A DNA stretch of 64,000 bases, taken from assembly GCA_032718475.1 (NCBI GenBank), contig JAUCBJ010004630.1:62001-126000 (forward strand), read 5' to 3'. Origin of the DNA: Nemertoderma westbladi. Lineage: Eukaryota > Animalia > Xenacoelomorpha. A program made the translations under genes and the position numbers. Below the pieces are notes generated by a model. It did not search any database and was not told the origin of the DNA. It saw only the letters and a program-made list of their open reading frames with translations. Below are positions 30,001 to 41,608 of the stretch, one piece after another (within the stretch, counting starts at the first letter, position 1; every line of letters starts with the position of its first letter).

Positions 30001-30978
30001 ATTTGCACTCACACAGATACTTTCCCTTTCCCCACTTCGAGGCTTTATTTGCACTCACACAGATACTTTCCCTTTCCCCACTTCGAGGCTTTATTTGCAC
30101 TCACACAGATACTTTACACTGCCCCCACTTCGAGGCTTTATTTGCACTCACACAGATACTTTACACTGCCCCCACTTCGAGGCTTTATTTACACTCACAC
30201 AGATACTTTACACTGCCCCCACTTCGAGGCTTTATTTGCACTCACACAGATACTTTACACTGCCCCCACTTCGAGGCTTTATTTACACTCACACAGATAC
30301 TTTACACGAACCCCCTTCGATCGAGGCTTTATTTACACTCACACAGATACTTTACACGAACCCCCTTCGATCGAGGCTTTATTTACACTCACACAGATAC
30401 TTTACACTGCCCCCACTTCGAGGCTTTATTTGCACTCACACAGATACTTTACACTGCCCCCACTTCGAGGCTTTATTTACACTCACACAGATACTTTACA
30501 CGAACCCCCTTCGATCGAGGCTTTATTTGCACTCACACAGATACTTTACACTGCCCCCACTTCGAGACTTTATTTGCACTCACACAGATACTTTACACTG
30601 CCCCCCCTTCGTGGCTTTATTTACACTCACACAGATACTTTACACGAACCCCCTTCGATCGAGGCTTTATTTACACTCACACAGATACTTTACACTGCCC
30701 CCACTTCGAGGCTTTATTTGCACTCACACAGATACTTTATACTGCCCCCACTTCGAGGCTTTATTTGCACTCACACAGATACTTTATACTGCCCCCACTT
30801 CGAGGCTTTATTTGCACTCACACAGATACTTTATACTGCCCCCACTTCGAGGCTTTATTTGCACTCACACAGATACTTTATACTGCCCCCACTTCGAGGC
30901 TTTATTTGCACTCACACAGATACTTTATACTGCCCCCACTTCGAGGCTTTATTTGCACTCACACAGATACTTTACACT
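1..30978. repeat. Tandem satellite array, 46/47/50-bp monomers (about 650 copies), open at the left window edge
   Basis: Constant core GCTTTATTT(G/A)CACTCACACAGATACTTTACAC followed by TGCCCCCACTTCGAG (47-bp unit), GAACCCCCTTCGAG (46 bp) or GAACCCCCTTCGATCGAG (50 bp). Uninterrupted to a sharp end at ...TTTACACT 30978. Copy number is estimated from length divided by unit size. Confidence 0.99.
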
Positions 30979-31082
30979 TCTTAACTAAAGCTGTTGGACG
31001 CAGTAAGTATAGTGATCAGTTTCACTACAGCCTACTGTAACCAACTCTTAGATGTTATGATGGGAATATAATTGATTATACT

Positions 31083-31108
31083 GGGGGGGGGGGGGGGGGG
31101 GGGGGGGG
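31083..31108 (+). repeat. Poly-G tract (26 G)
   Basis: Directly visible about 105 bp from the satellite end; exact length may be affected by homopolymer sequencing error. Confidence 0.9.
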
Positions 31109-31294
31109 CAAAACACTGTCTTAGGGGCAGATTGAATTCTTACTGTCGGATATGTAAGTCTCGGCGCTAGAAACTGCTTCAAGGGGTAATGTACTATGTA
31201 CGTGTAAACTGTTCCGTTATGTTGTGCTGTTTGTGAACAAATGTACTTGTGACTTATTTATATTACAGGTAGGATGGTAAATAGGATCTAGTGC

Positions 31295-33448
31295 GTGGTA
31301 AGCGCCCAACTTACTCGTGTTGGACACATTATCGAATGTAATTTATCATGTCAAAACCCTGTCCTATCCCCCATCTTCCCTCCCCCGGTATCCAAAGTCG
31401 CATCATCGTGCCACTTCTGTTTTAAACGTTTCAATCCTACCGATTTTATGCTGGAATGTGAGTCATGTCACGGTACCTATCACTTCCAGTGCGGTACGAG
31501 TCTTAAATTATCAGAGTTTCAGCTGGCTATAAAAAACACCAAAATGTTTTGTATTCACTGTTCCTATGAAATTTTTCCATTCCAGAATGTAAACTCTGAT
31601 GATGATGATTTATTTCTAGATAATTACAATAGGGACAATGACGAATTTGTTGCCCCTACTGTCTCTTACAATCCCTTTTTTAAAGATATCGATCCCGATA
31701 TTAATAGTTTTCATAATGTTCACACTTGGGGATATTTTACAGAATCTCGATTTAAAGCTCAATATTCGGCCACGTCAAAATCATTTTCTATAATAAATTT
31801 AAACTGTCGAAGCTTACGCAAAAACTTTTCCGATTTACAAATATTTTTAGAATCACTAGAGACCAAGATTGACGTTATTGCCCTAACCGAAACTTTTTTA
31901 TCTGAATCAGATGATCTATCGTACTACAGAATCCCTGGCTACAGCCAGCGACCCGATCATTGATCTTCGCAAATATGGTAACATCCAGCGTGGAGGGACG
32001 GCTATTTATATTAATAATAATTATGACTTCGCAGTTAAAGAATATTTAAAATTAAAAAATATTGAGAATACTTGGGTAGAAATAATTCGTTCATCTTCCG
32101 ATAAAAAATTAATTATTGGTTGCATTTATAGACCTCACTCAGTGTCTACAGCTGATTTTAATGAATTTTTTAGGAAGACCATTTAAACAGACTTAGCCTT
32201 ATTAATTCAGATATGGTATTATGTGGAGATTTTAACATCGATATGCTGAAATCGAATTCCTCAACACACCGTTATAATCACATTTTGAACTCTTGTGGAT
32301 TTAATCAGACTATAAAAGTACCAACTCGTATCACAAAATATTCCAGTACCCTGATAGATCACATATCCTCTAACATAACTACCTCATTCTGTCAATCTGG
32401 TGTTTTTTCTGTACAGACCATCTGCCAACTTTCATGGTATTAAAAAATTACACTTATTTTTTTTTATTGCGATCCGGGAACACGTGAAGTGTATGATTAC
32501 AGTAAATTCGATAAAAGTATATTTTTAGCAGATATTCAAATCCCGGCTAACTGGAACTATCAAAATGATAATATACCAATAAAAAATAAATTTGGTGCCT
32601 TTTACGATAATGTTGAAAATATATGCGAAAATAACTTACCTAAAAAAATAATTACAGTAACAGAAATACCCCGTAAGCCATGGATGACAAAATCATTAAT
32701 TAAATGCTCCATCTGCAAAAATAAGCTTTATAGGAAATATCTTTCCAACCCAACTCCCGTTAGGTTAGATAGTTACAAAAAATATCGGAACACGTACGTC
32801 TCTTCGATTCGACAGGCTAAAAAATCGTAATATCACAAACAATTTTTACAAAACAGTGTCAGCATTCGGAAAACCTGGGCCACAATTAATAGTGCATTGA
32901 ATCAAGTAAGTAAAAATAAATATCCAAAAAGATTAAACATTCAAAATCAAGACCAGTCTATTAATGTTCTCACAGACCCATATGATATTGCAACTGCTTT
33001 TAATCAAGATTTTTCTACTGTAGGGGCAAAACTTGCTGCTCCGTTCAAGTGTGTGAAATCGGGCCGAAGTCCAACTAAGTATATTAAACATGGCAAATCA
33101 AATTCATTTATATTGGTTGAAACGGTGCCAGTAGAAGTTGAATATCATTTGACTCAGTTATCGGAAACTACATCAACTAATGATATAAAACCAATTCAGC
33201 TAATAAAAATAATTGCTTCGAAACCAATTTCAGAACATCTGTCAAAATTAATAAATTTATCTATTTCTAACGGCTTTTTTCCGGACGAGTTAAAATTAGC
33301 GAAAGTAATTCCAGTCTATAAGAAGGAGGACCCATTGTCTGCAACTAACTATCGCCCGATTTCACTTCTTCCAGTATTTAGTTAGATCTAAGAATGAATC
33401 ATTAATGATCAACTCTTAAACTACTTTGAAAAATTTTCCCTGCTAACT
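31295..33448 (+). mobile_element. Decayed CR1/L2-group LINE, 5' part: PHD finger, APE endonuclease, start of reverse transcriptase
   Basis: Collinear frameshifted ORFs: PHD CHFC..CESC..HFQC..CIHC (31409-31561); APE motifs NLNCRSL, IALTETFL, GGTAIYI, GCIYRP, LCGDFNID, PTRIT..TLIDHI; PWMT; KLAKVIPVYKK..NYRPISLLPVFS. The 5' boundary is approximate. Confidence 0.92.
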
Positions 33449-34653
33449 TGTACGCGCTTTTGAAGACCTTTAGCAGTTTAACCTGCCAAAATTTATATGT
33501 CTTTTGGTTTATAAATAGACTTTAGAAAATGACAAGTATTTAATACCAATAAACACAACATTAGCCGAAGCCAGCCTAGTGCGCGTCCATTCACCCGCTG
33601 GATATACCCGGGAGACTGGATTCGGAGGGCTTAGATTGTTATTGCAGTGTAAGCTTACTGTATTATTCGATTGATCGTTAATAAATAATTTCTGACCAAT
33701 ATTATTCACTTTCGGGAAATATTAACAGTTCCTTTAGGACGTGGCGCTCTATCTAGGTAAACAGAGATATGACTTATACTAAACACAACGGCAAGTCGGT
33801 AAGGCTTATGATTCACGTATGAGGCGCATTCTTTAGGAAATGCTTAGTTATCAGTCACAATCATGCACACTACCGGTAACACACAATACTGCACACTAAT
33901 TTGCCGACCGTCAATGAATTTTATCATATATAAAGAGAACAGCAATTGACTCATGTAGTGCTTATCAAATAGCATTAAATTCACTACAAACCACAATAAT
34001 ATAAGTCGCAATCGCTATATGTAACCCGTCTCTCTAACCTGTAGTGTATCAAGAAAATTGGGAAATTTGGGTTCTTTATAGATGTTCTCCAAATAATATT
34101 CAACCAAACAACAGTAAAACCATTAAGACGGTAGGTTAAGATATAATATGACTATGTACTGATAATGTAACAATGATACGATATGCCGGACTGTGCAGTG
34201 TTGCACTGATTGTGTTGATAACAGTTATACGTTCTATAATCTAAGCCTACTAATGTTTCTTCTAAAGTCTGAACGAGTTGACTCTAGAGCCGGTGTTCTT
34301 GGCCTAGAAGGAACAACACAACAGTATCAAGAAAAAACAGTAAGACTGAACACTCCTAGCACGATCTGTAGAAAATCTCCACATCGACAGTAAAAATCGC
34401 CCTGATTGGCTGTTAAGCTAAACAAAGAACCATGTGTCCAATGGCCGTTTCCATGCCAGCAACCAGCTGTTAGATGTCGTAATCTGAATCATCAAGGCTA
34501 AGCTGTGCTAGAGTATTTGACGCATTGCGGGTTTTATGCCTTACCATGTCCGCCAAAGCACACATATGGAAGAATGACTTTTATGTCCGTTAAAACACCT
34601 ATAACGGTACTTTGCGGGCGAGGGGACTGATTATATCCGCAAAAGCTTTTACA
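33449..34653 (-). mobile_element. Solo LTR (1205 bp) related to the LTRs of the BEL/Pao elements, inserted in the LINE
   Basis: On the - strand it starts TGTAAAAGCTTTTGCGGA and ends ...GGCAGGTTAAACTGCTAAAGGTCTTCAAAAGCGCGTACA, like LTRs at 40510 and 50757. 5-bp TSD TAACT at 33444-33448 and 34654-34658. Removing it restores the LINE frame (SLLTTCQFG). Confidence 0.93.
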
Positions 34654-34943
34654 TAACTACTTGCCAATTTGGTCTCCGCAAGAGGTCAACGACAACTTTG
34701 GGTATATTAAATGTTGTAGAGAACCTTCGCCAAATACTGGACTGCGGAGATTCAGCCTGTGTGGTGTTCCTCGATCTCCAGAAGGCATTTGACTCTCTGG
34801 ATCACAATATACTGACCACCAAACTAGAGGCATACGGAGTTCGAGGTATGCCCCTGCAGCTCCTAAGCGACTATCACAATTGTGCAGTTATGTATTATAT
34901 ATTTTGTATATGGTAAATGGGATAAATAAATAAATAAATAAAT
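34654..34943 (+). mobile_element. CR1/L2-group LINE 3' part: RT fragment, internal deletion, then (TAAA)n tail
   Basis: QFGLRKRSTT..VVFLDLQKAFDSLDHNIL..KLEAYGVRG. RT similarity stops near 34876, followed by a short AT-rich stretch and an ATAA-type microsatellite at 34922-34943. Confidence 0.85.
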
Positions 34944-35644
34944 GAAAAAATGATTATAGTCGCAAGTTGGGGAATAATATTGCAGTATTGCGGACACATA
35001 CACTCGCACTAATTAAACCGAATCTACTGCAGACAGGTTACAGTTAGCACTTACCAGGTGGAAGGCAAAGTAGTGTGATCCTGAGTCTCGTATATTCATG
35101 AACAATACAATGCAATAATAATAACTATAATATGATGATATAACGAGATATAAAGTATAAAGGTTTATGCAACAAGGTAAGAATTCATAGATCCGTACTA
35201 ACTATACGAACCTAGAATACCGTTACAAGCCTCAGATCTTAATGGTTAGGCCTGCTACTACACAGAATACATTCACTTATATAAGCATTGTTCAAGGGGA
35301 GCAGCCAATAAGGCGTAAGAATTCTACAAAGGGTAGCAACCAATGAGAGTCCAGTACTATGCTAATCGATGCCTGGCAACGGGTAAACAAAGGTTAGTAA
35401 TGGCGTAAGGCACAGGTTGAAATAAAATAGTTGCACGTAAATATCGAATAGTTCTCTGATAAAAATATAAGATTTCAATATAAGGTTGGCGTGTGCATCA
35501 AAAACAGGGTCCTTCAAATGTGAAATCCCATAGCATCGAATATTTGCCGACATCTCGACCTGCTCCTTAGCATCATTTTATTACGTCGGACAAACCAAAC
35601 AGTACATACATAAACGTATGAATTCACACCGGACCACAATACGA

Positions 35645-37900
35645 GATGCGGAGAGCCTATTCAAGGCTGCCATGCCTTTCCCTTACGTATTCGAAGGTCC
35701 TCACCTTATTTCCGGATCCATGATCCTAGGTAACAGAAGTCATCCACATGCTCGAGCATACCATCCTTTGAGCTTATGCTCATCCGATCAGAGACTTGCT
35801 GAAGACGTTCAAAGTTAACTGTCAAAATTTTGGTCTTTTTGGAGTTAATAAAAAGACCAACATTAGAAGCAGCCTGTTCTAATGAGCTGAGGAGCCGTTG
35901 GGCTCCCTCTAGTGATTCTGAGAGTACTCCTAAGTCATCAGCAAAGTCTAGATCAGTTAGGTACTTGGCAGAATTTCCTCTATTTCTGGAGCCAGTAGGT
36001 GGAGTTACCATCACCCCATCATCGTTATGATGATCTAAGGACTTGCGTAGAACATAGTCAACCACAATAATGAACAAGAATGGCGCAAGTGTGTCTCCCT
36101 GAAGGACTCCCCATAACACTTCAAACGGTTCTGTGTCACCGTCAGCAGTAGACACAAATGTTGTTGAACCATCGTATACTGATCTGATTGCTGCAATAAT
36201 TTCATCAGGAATCTCATATAATAAAAATGGTGAACACATGTGAGCGAGAGACTGAAACAAAGGCCTTGAAGAAGTCAACAAAGATAACAGCCAGATAGAT
36301 GCCTGTCTTTCTTTTTTGATAACTCTTCAATTATCCTTCTAAGTGCCAAAATGGGCTCTATAGTCCCACGACCTTCACGGAATCCATTCTGATTTCCACG
36401 GAGCAGTCTCTCAATGGGATCCTTGATACGGTTTAATCGAATTCTATTGTATAGCTTTGCAGCAATCGAGATCAATGAGATTCCCCGAAAAGAACCATAG
36501 AGTGTTAGGTTGCCCTTCTTGGGAACTGGCTCCAACTTATTTGTTTTCATTTCTTGTAGGACTCCTGTTGTTCTGTACATGTCTATTATGATGGGATAGA
36601 TGAGCTTTAAACACTCAGGTATTTTAAAGACCTCAGGGGGGACACCATCTACTCCACTGGCACGATTGGTCTTAGTGCTCTTTGCAGCTGCCTTAACTTC
36701 TGCAAATGAGATATCGCCAATGGGAATATCTGGGAGTACAGACTCAGACACTTTTACTTCTATAAAACTATCAGGCAATACCCTGTCATTATTGAGGAGC
36801 TTTTCAAAGTGGGCCTTCCAACCATTGAGGCGATCGGCTGGTGATTCTGCCTTAACCTTGGTGGTTGGTTGGCTTTTCCGCCCAGTAAGCAAGTTGATTG
36901 ATTTCCATGCCTGGGATGATTGCCTGCTGTCGTCGGCATCATTGATGGCATCAACTTGTTGTCTTATAAGCTCCTGTAGATTAACAGAGTAATGCCTGTT
37001 CAGGGACCTAGATGCAGCCTTAACTGCATTCTTGGCCGCTGTAGTCTGTTTGAGTCGGCGGGACTCATTCTGCACCTTATAGAGGTCATTTCGGCATTTC
37101 TGAATTTTGTAGTCAGTCCAGGGGGTCTTTTTCCTGTTTCGAGGGTACATAGGAACTAACCATTTCTGCAGCTGCTAACTTATCTGCTTCTGTGAAGGCA
37201 GTATAGCCCTCGCAGTGATCTGCTGCCTCAGAGGCAAGAACCTCATACCTGTTGCTGAGCTGTAGTGTGAAGCTGGATCTCACACTTGGCTGTTGCAACA
37301 GACCCGCGACAAGGTAGATTTCGTTGTTCTGCTAGCATGCAGATTAAGTCTTACCTTGGCCACAATAAGGCGGTGATCACTGGAGAAAGATCGAAGTGTA
37401 AATGCATTACAGTATTGTATAGAGCTCCTGTATTTTCTTCGAAACATAATATGGTCTATCTGGGACTTGTGAACAATGGGTCCACTATGAGTCCATAGCT
37501 TTCCAGTTCTCTTCTTGAACTGGGTTCCAGCTGAAAACAGTCAATTTCCAGAGATGAAATCCTGAAGATGGACGGAATTTCGGTTAACACTATCGCTATA
37601 GACCCAGGGCGATGTAGGTGATTGATGCAGACTTGCATTAAAGTCTCCCAGGGATGTTAAGAATGCATGCTGATCCACTCCATCAGTAGTTGCTTGAAAA
37701 TTGTGGTAGAAATTTTCCACCTCCTCTACTGGGGCAACACTAGATGGAGAATAGCACACAATCAGAACCACCTTAGGAAACTTCTTAGCCAGTCTTCCAG
37801 AACATGAGAAGTGGTAACGGATGATGCGGTTAGAGATTTGGTCTATTTTGTCCAATGCTGCATGTGCAGTTGGATTCATCAAGAGGTGGCAAGTTTTCTT
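35645..37900 (-). mobile_element. Decayed RTE-clade LINE (APE + RT), truncated at both ends
   Basis: Minus-strand ORFs 37541-38047 (VCYSP, LGDFNA), 36275-37150 (FRGISLISIAAKLYNRI, QNGFREGRGT..LRRIIE) and 35706-36281 (GVLQGDTLAPFLFIIVVDYVLR, LDFADDL, DFCYLGSWI), continuing as DLRIRKGKAW. Boundaries approximate. Confidence 0.9.
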
Positions 37901-37928
37901 GATCAATGACCTAGAAAACCTGACCTGA

Positions 37929-38474
37929 AGCTGGTGTCCGCCAGCCCCGGGATGCGCCAGCAGTGCAGCACCTATTAACCAGTTAACTCTTCTAGACGCC
38001 GCTTGGAAAACTAACCAACCGTGATTTATTTTTGAACTGTTTTTCAACCAACCTGGTTATAGAATCCAGGCGGCTGCCAGAATTGTGTTGTGTTATGTTC
38101 TGTTGGTTGCTACAGTATAATGTATATGGCACTAACATAGTATAGACTGATAGAAGCGGCAATGAGAATGCTAAGGGAATAAACATTCGCACAGATATTG
38201 AAAACCGTCGTGTCAGTCTGTCCTTTTTTGTGAATTTATTAACATATAGGGCTTAATAAACCTTTACTTTCGCTGTTTCACGGCCAGTCTTTAGTTAACC
38301 ATATGCGGCCAAGTGCCAACAAGTCCAACCTAGTGCCAGTTAGTCAAACCACGTGTCAGCGACTCCAACCAGGTGCCAGTAATTAATCTAAGTCCAACCG
38401 GGCGGCCAGGTGTCAGTTTGTACAATAAAACAAGCACTGGCTGTGGCGCATCCCGGGGCTGAAGGACATCATCT
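37929..38474. mobile_element. MITE-like element with about 38-bp imperfect terminal inverted repeats
   Basis: TGGTGTCCGCCAGCCCCGGGATGCGCCAGCAGTGC (37932-37966) versus GCACTGGCTGTGGCGCATCCCGGGGCTGAAGGACATCA (38434-38471); short GTGCCAG/TCCAACC subrepeats at 38310-38416. No clear TSD. Confidence 0.6.
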
Positions 38475-38629
38475 GTCACTCATCATGGACCTACAATGTT
38501 TATTTGCCATTAGGTAGCGGCAGCCGCACTCTTTAAATTATATCGCTTTTAAGTAGGCCTACCTGTCTTTAGTCTGCATGTGTGCTGTGCACTTCTTACT
38601 GGTACGCAATGCCTAATCTTTAAAATCAC

Positions 38630-38749
38630 ATACGGATTATTCTCCATAGGAATCCATTACATACGCACATACACGTATCTACATACGGATACGGCAAGTG
38701 CATACGGATACGGATACGGATACGGATTACGGCGGAAAGTTATACCCTG
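38630..38749 (-). repeat. (TACGGA)n minisatellite ending in a possible DNA-transposon terminus
   Basis: Repeated ATACGG units at 38683-38732; the minus strand begins CAGGGTATAAC, resembling a hAT-like end. No partner end seen. Confidence 0.4.
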
Positions 38750-40137
38750 ATTAGATAAACATTGTTTAATATTCTTTATGCGGTTAGTGCGATCCAAATC
38801 ATTTGTTCCTGTGTGTATGTGTATATGAAATAGTGGCGTTTGGGTTTTTTCCTTGATGCAGCATTTATATTAACGATAAGATTTGAGGTAAGGATGTCAG
38901 AGTGAATATAATCTTGGAGTTCTATTGCATGCGATTCATATTTATATATTTACTTTTGCTATCCTTAAATAATAGCGTGGTTATTTATGATCTCGATTAC
39001 GCTGTTTGATATTAAAGTTTTCTTGGAAGTGATGTGACTTGTCAATAGTTTTTACATTTGAATCATCGAGTGATATTATTGGTACCAGCAATTCGTTGGC
39101 TTTCATGGTGTCACATGTTCCGGACAGTTCCAGTGGTGGTAGACTGCCTGGGTGAGGTAGTCTTCCCGCACCCTTGTTAATAGGGATTCTGGACGACTTT
39201 ATGACCGGTTCCACTACGTTGCCACTGGCAGCCCTGGTGTACAGTAATAGAGGTTCTGGTCTGTTCTAGGACCGTCTCCGCCACCTTGCCACCGCCACCA
39301 CCTCTTGCTTTGTTGCCTAGATGATGGTTTATTTGTTTCTTTAATATCTCAATCGTTCCAAATTTTCTCACACCTGTCTACTTAGGTTGTTGATTATAAT
39401 TAATTTATTTTCATTACATATTATTATTATTGTAGGTGTAGGACTACACTCTGGTGTAGTGATTGATATTAGAGAATGACATTAGGCCGATTGATTTTCA
39501 TGGATGTATAGGTTCTACTTTTTCAATCGGATCCTGAGTTAATGTTTGTTGGCCTTGCAGCTACTGTAAAAGATATGATAAACTGTATCCTTATGGATGT
39601 TATCTTGCTTTTCATGAAAATACATAGTTAGTTAATTTTTTCGGTATTGAGTTTACTGAACACATTTGGTCTAGTCTAGACAGACTGAAGTATGCTTAAG
39701 GGTTTATGATTAAGTCTACTTAATGTTAGACCGATTGGACGAGAATTCAGATGAGGCTGGATAGACTTGATGAATAATGATGATACTTATGATTAGGCAA
39801 ATACTGAAGGTGTAGAAGATTAGACAGCAAAATGTTATATATTTATTTACATTTACTATAATTTCATTTCCCTTAAAATCATAAAAGGTTTGATAATTTG
39901 GATTATGATTATCCAGAGTAGAGATTACGAATAAGACGATATATGATAACTTTGAGATGCATGAATCCTACAATATATATCGTACATACATAATTTATAC
40001 AAGTACTACCATACATAATTTTCCATTAGTCAATCCGACATACAGTACTTTGTATATAAATACATTTTTTCTGTACAAAATATTAGCGATTGTAAAGATT
40101 GCTAAAAAATATATTTTATTAGAAAATGTCGTTTGTA

Positions 40138-40201
40138 TAGTGTCGGATTAACCTTAAGGCATATAAGGCACGTGCCTTAGGGCCAGACGAAAATACGGGC
40201 C
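40138..40201 (+). mobile_element. Possible non-autonomous hAT-like terminal fragment
   Basis: TAGTGTCGGATTAACCTTAAGGCATATAAGGCACGTGCCTTAGGGCC with the palindrome TAAGGCACGTGCCTTA resembles ends of metazoan hAT-type MITEs (recognition from memory, not searched). Confidence 0.35.
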
Positions 40202-40509
40202 ATTTTTTCTCAGCGAGTCTGTAAAAAAAATTATTTTTATCTGAAAAGTCCACATTTTTTCTCACTAAAATTTCTAGAAAACAGAACAAAAGTGCATCTT
40301 TCGACTACTTCCTATTACTAGATTTGTGGTAGAAATTGCAAAATTGTAGCTCAATCGACCGACAGCTGCTTGTGTTATTAGTTCGAGACCTGATGGCAGG
40401 GAAATAATAAAACATGGGCAGTAAAACATTAAAGTGCTAATTATGAACAATGGAGAATTTAATTTTATTTATTTGTGGGGAATTATTTGTAGTTATGTAC
40501 TTAAAACTT

Positions 40510-41597
40510 TGTAAAAGCTTTTGCGGACATAACTAGTCATTTCCCGCAATGCGCAGAATACTCTAAAATAGCTCTTAAAATTGATTCAACTACGCGACGG
40601 GAAGGAATTAGAACCAAGATTACGAAATCTGTCAGCTGATTCTTTGTTGACATGGAACTCCCTTTGTTCTGGCATTATTCAGCCAATCAGAGCGATTTTC
40701 ACTTTATGGCTAAGAGAATCCTACCTAGCTCGCGCAATGCATTATGTTCTTGATTCTATTTTTCTGAGAATTCGAATAACTCAGAATTTCTGTGCTTCTG
40801 TGTAGAACTTTCAGACTTTGGCCGGAAACATCAGATGGCCTGGATTATAAGAATGTAAAACTATTAACCTGAAACACAACCTAAACACATTGAACATTGC
40901 TGCACATGTCATGCATGCATCACATGCATTACTGAACACTGCATAAGTAACACATACTGACTGTTCACCGCATTATTTTACTTCTGTTTACGGTCTTTAT
41001 TAATTGTTGTTATATTAATGGATATTGCTGTTATATTATGAGAATACCGTTAAATAATCATAAACCCCTCAATCTTCTTGATTACAGAGGTAAGAGGAAC
41101 AGGTTTACCGGTAGCAGCTGCGACTTAAATTATAGTGGTTTTTAGTATTGTAGTGGTTTTTATTAGTGCGCAGTAGTGTGAAGTAGTGTGAAGTCGTGAG
41201 AAGTAGTGTGAAAGATAATAAAGCATCTCCTAAAGAATGCGCTATTTACGAAACTCTGTGGCCATCTAGTTGTGATTAGTATAAGTCATAACTCTGTTTT
41301 TATACTTAAAGCGCCACGTCCTAAAGGAACTATTAATATTTCCCCGAAAGTGAATATATTTGTCAGAGATTATATAGTAACGATCAATCGAATAATACAG
41401 TAGGTCTACATTGCAATAATTCTCAAAGCATCCGAATCCAGTCTCCCAAAACCATGGGTGAAAGGGCGCGCATGGACTGGCTTCAGCTGATGTAACTTCA
41501 GTACACTAGGTAATCGATATAGGCCAAAGTCGATTTATAAACAACAGGACAACTAAAATTGGCAGGTTAAACTGCTAAAGGTCTAAAAGCACAAACA
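40510..41597 (+). repeat. LTR1: 5' LTR of the outer element (1088 bp)
   Basis: TGTAAAAGCTTTTG...AAAAGCACAAACA imperfect inverted termini; internal GAAGTAGTGT-type 10-bp repeats (about 41172-41212) and AATAAA near 41218; homologous to LTR2 and LTR3. Confidence 0.93.
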
Positions 41598-41608
41598 TTA
41601 ATAGTTTT
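41598..41608 (+). promoter_or_regulatory. Non-tRNA sequence at the primer-binding-site position (TTAATAGTTTT), complementary to LTR 40857-40867
   Basis: Immediately follows the LTR end; no TGG motif; same sequence follows LTR2 (52224-52235). A priming function is inferred, not shown. Confidence 0.55.

Noticed and set aside
1-30978. CRISPR-like array (constant core plus variable slot)
   Set aside because: The variable slot has essentially two recurring sequences of 14-18 bp rather than unique spacers; no cas genes; eukaryotic transposon context.
6-31040. Giant 9,000-10,000 aa ORFs in all three + frames
   Set aside because: They follow from a monomer lacking TAA/TAG/TGA. Unit lengths are not multiples of 3, so all frames give the same rotating peptides; I saw no ATG in the array (starts are TTG) and no recognisable domain.
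31345-31365. Possible decayed 2A-like NPGP motif upstream of the PHD finger (AACCCTGTCCT)
   Set aside because: Requires an inferred indel and the upstream D(V/I)ExN residues are not recognisable.
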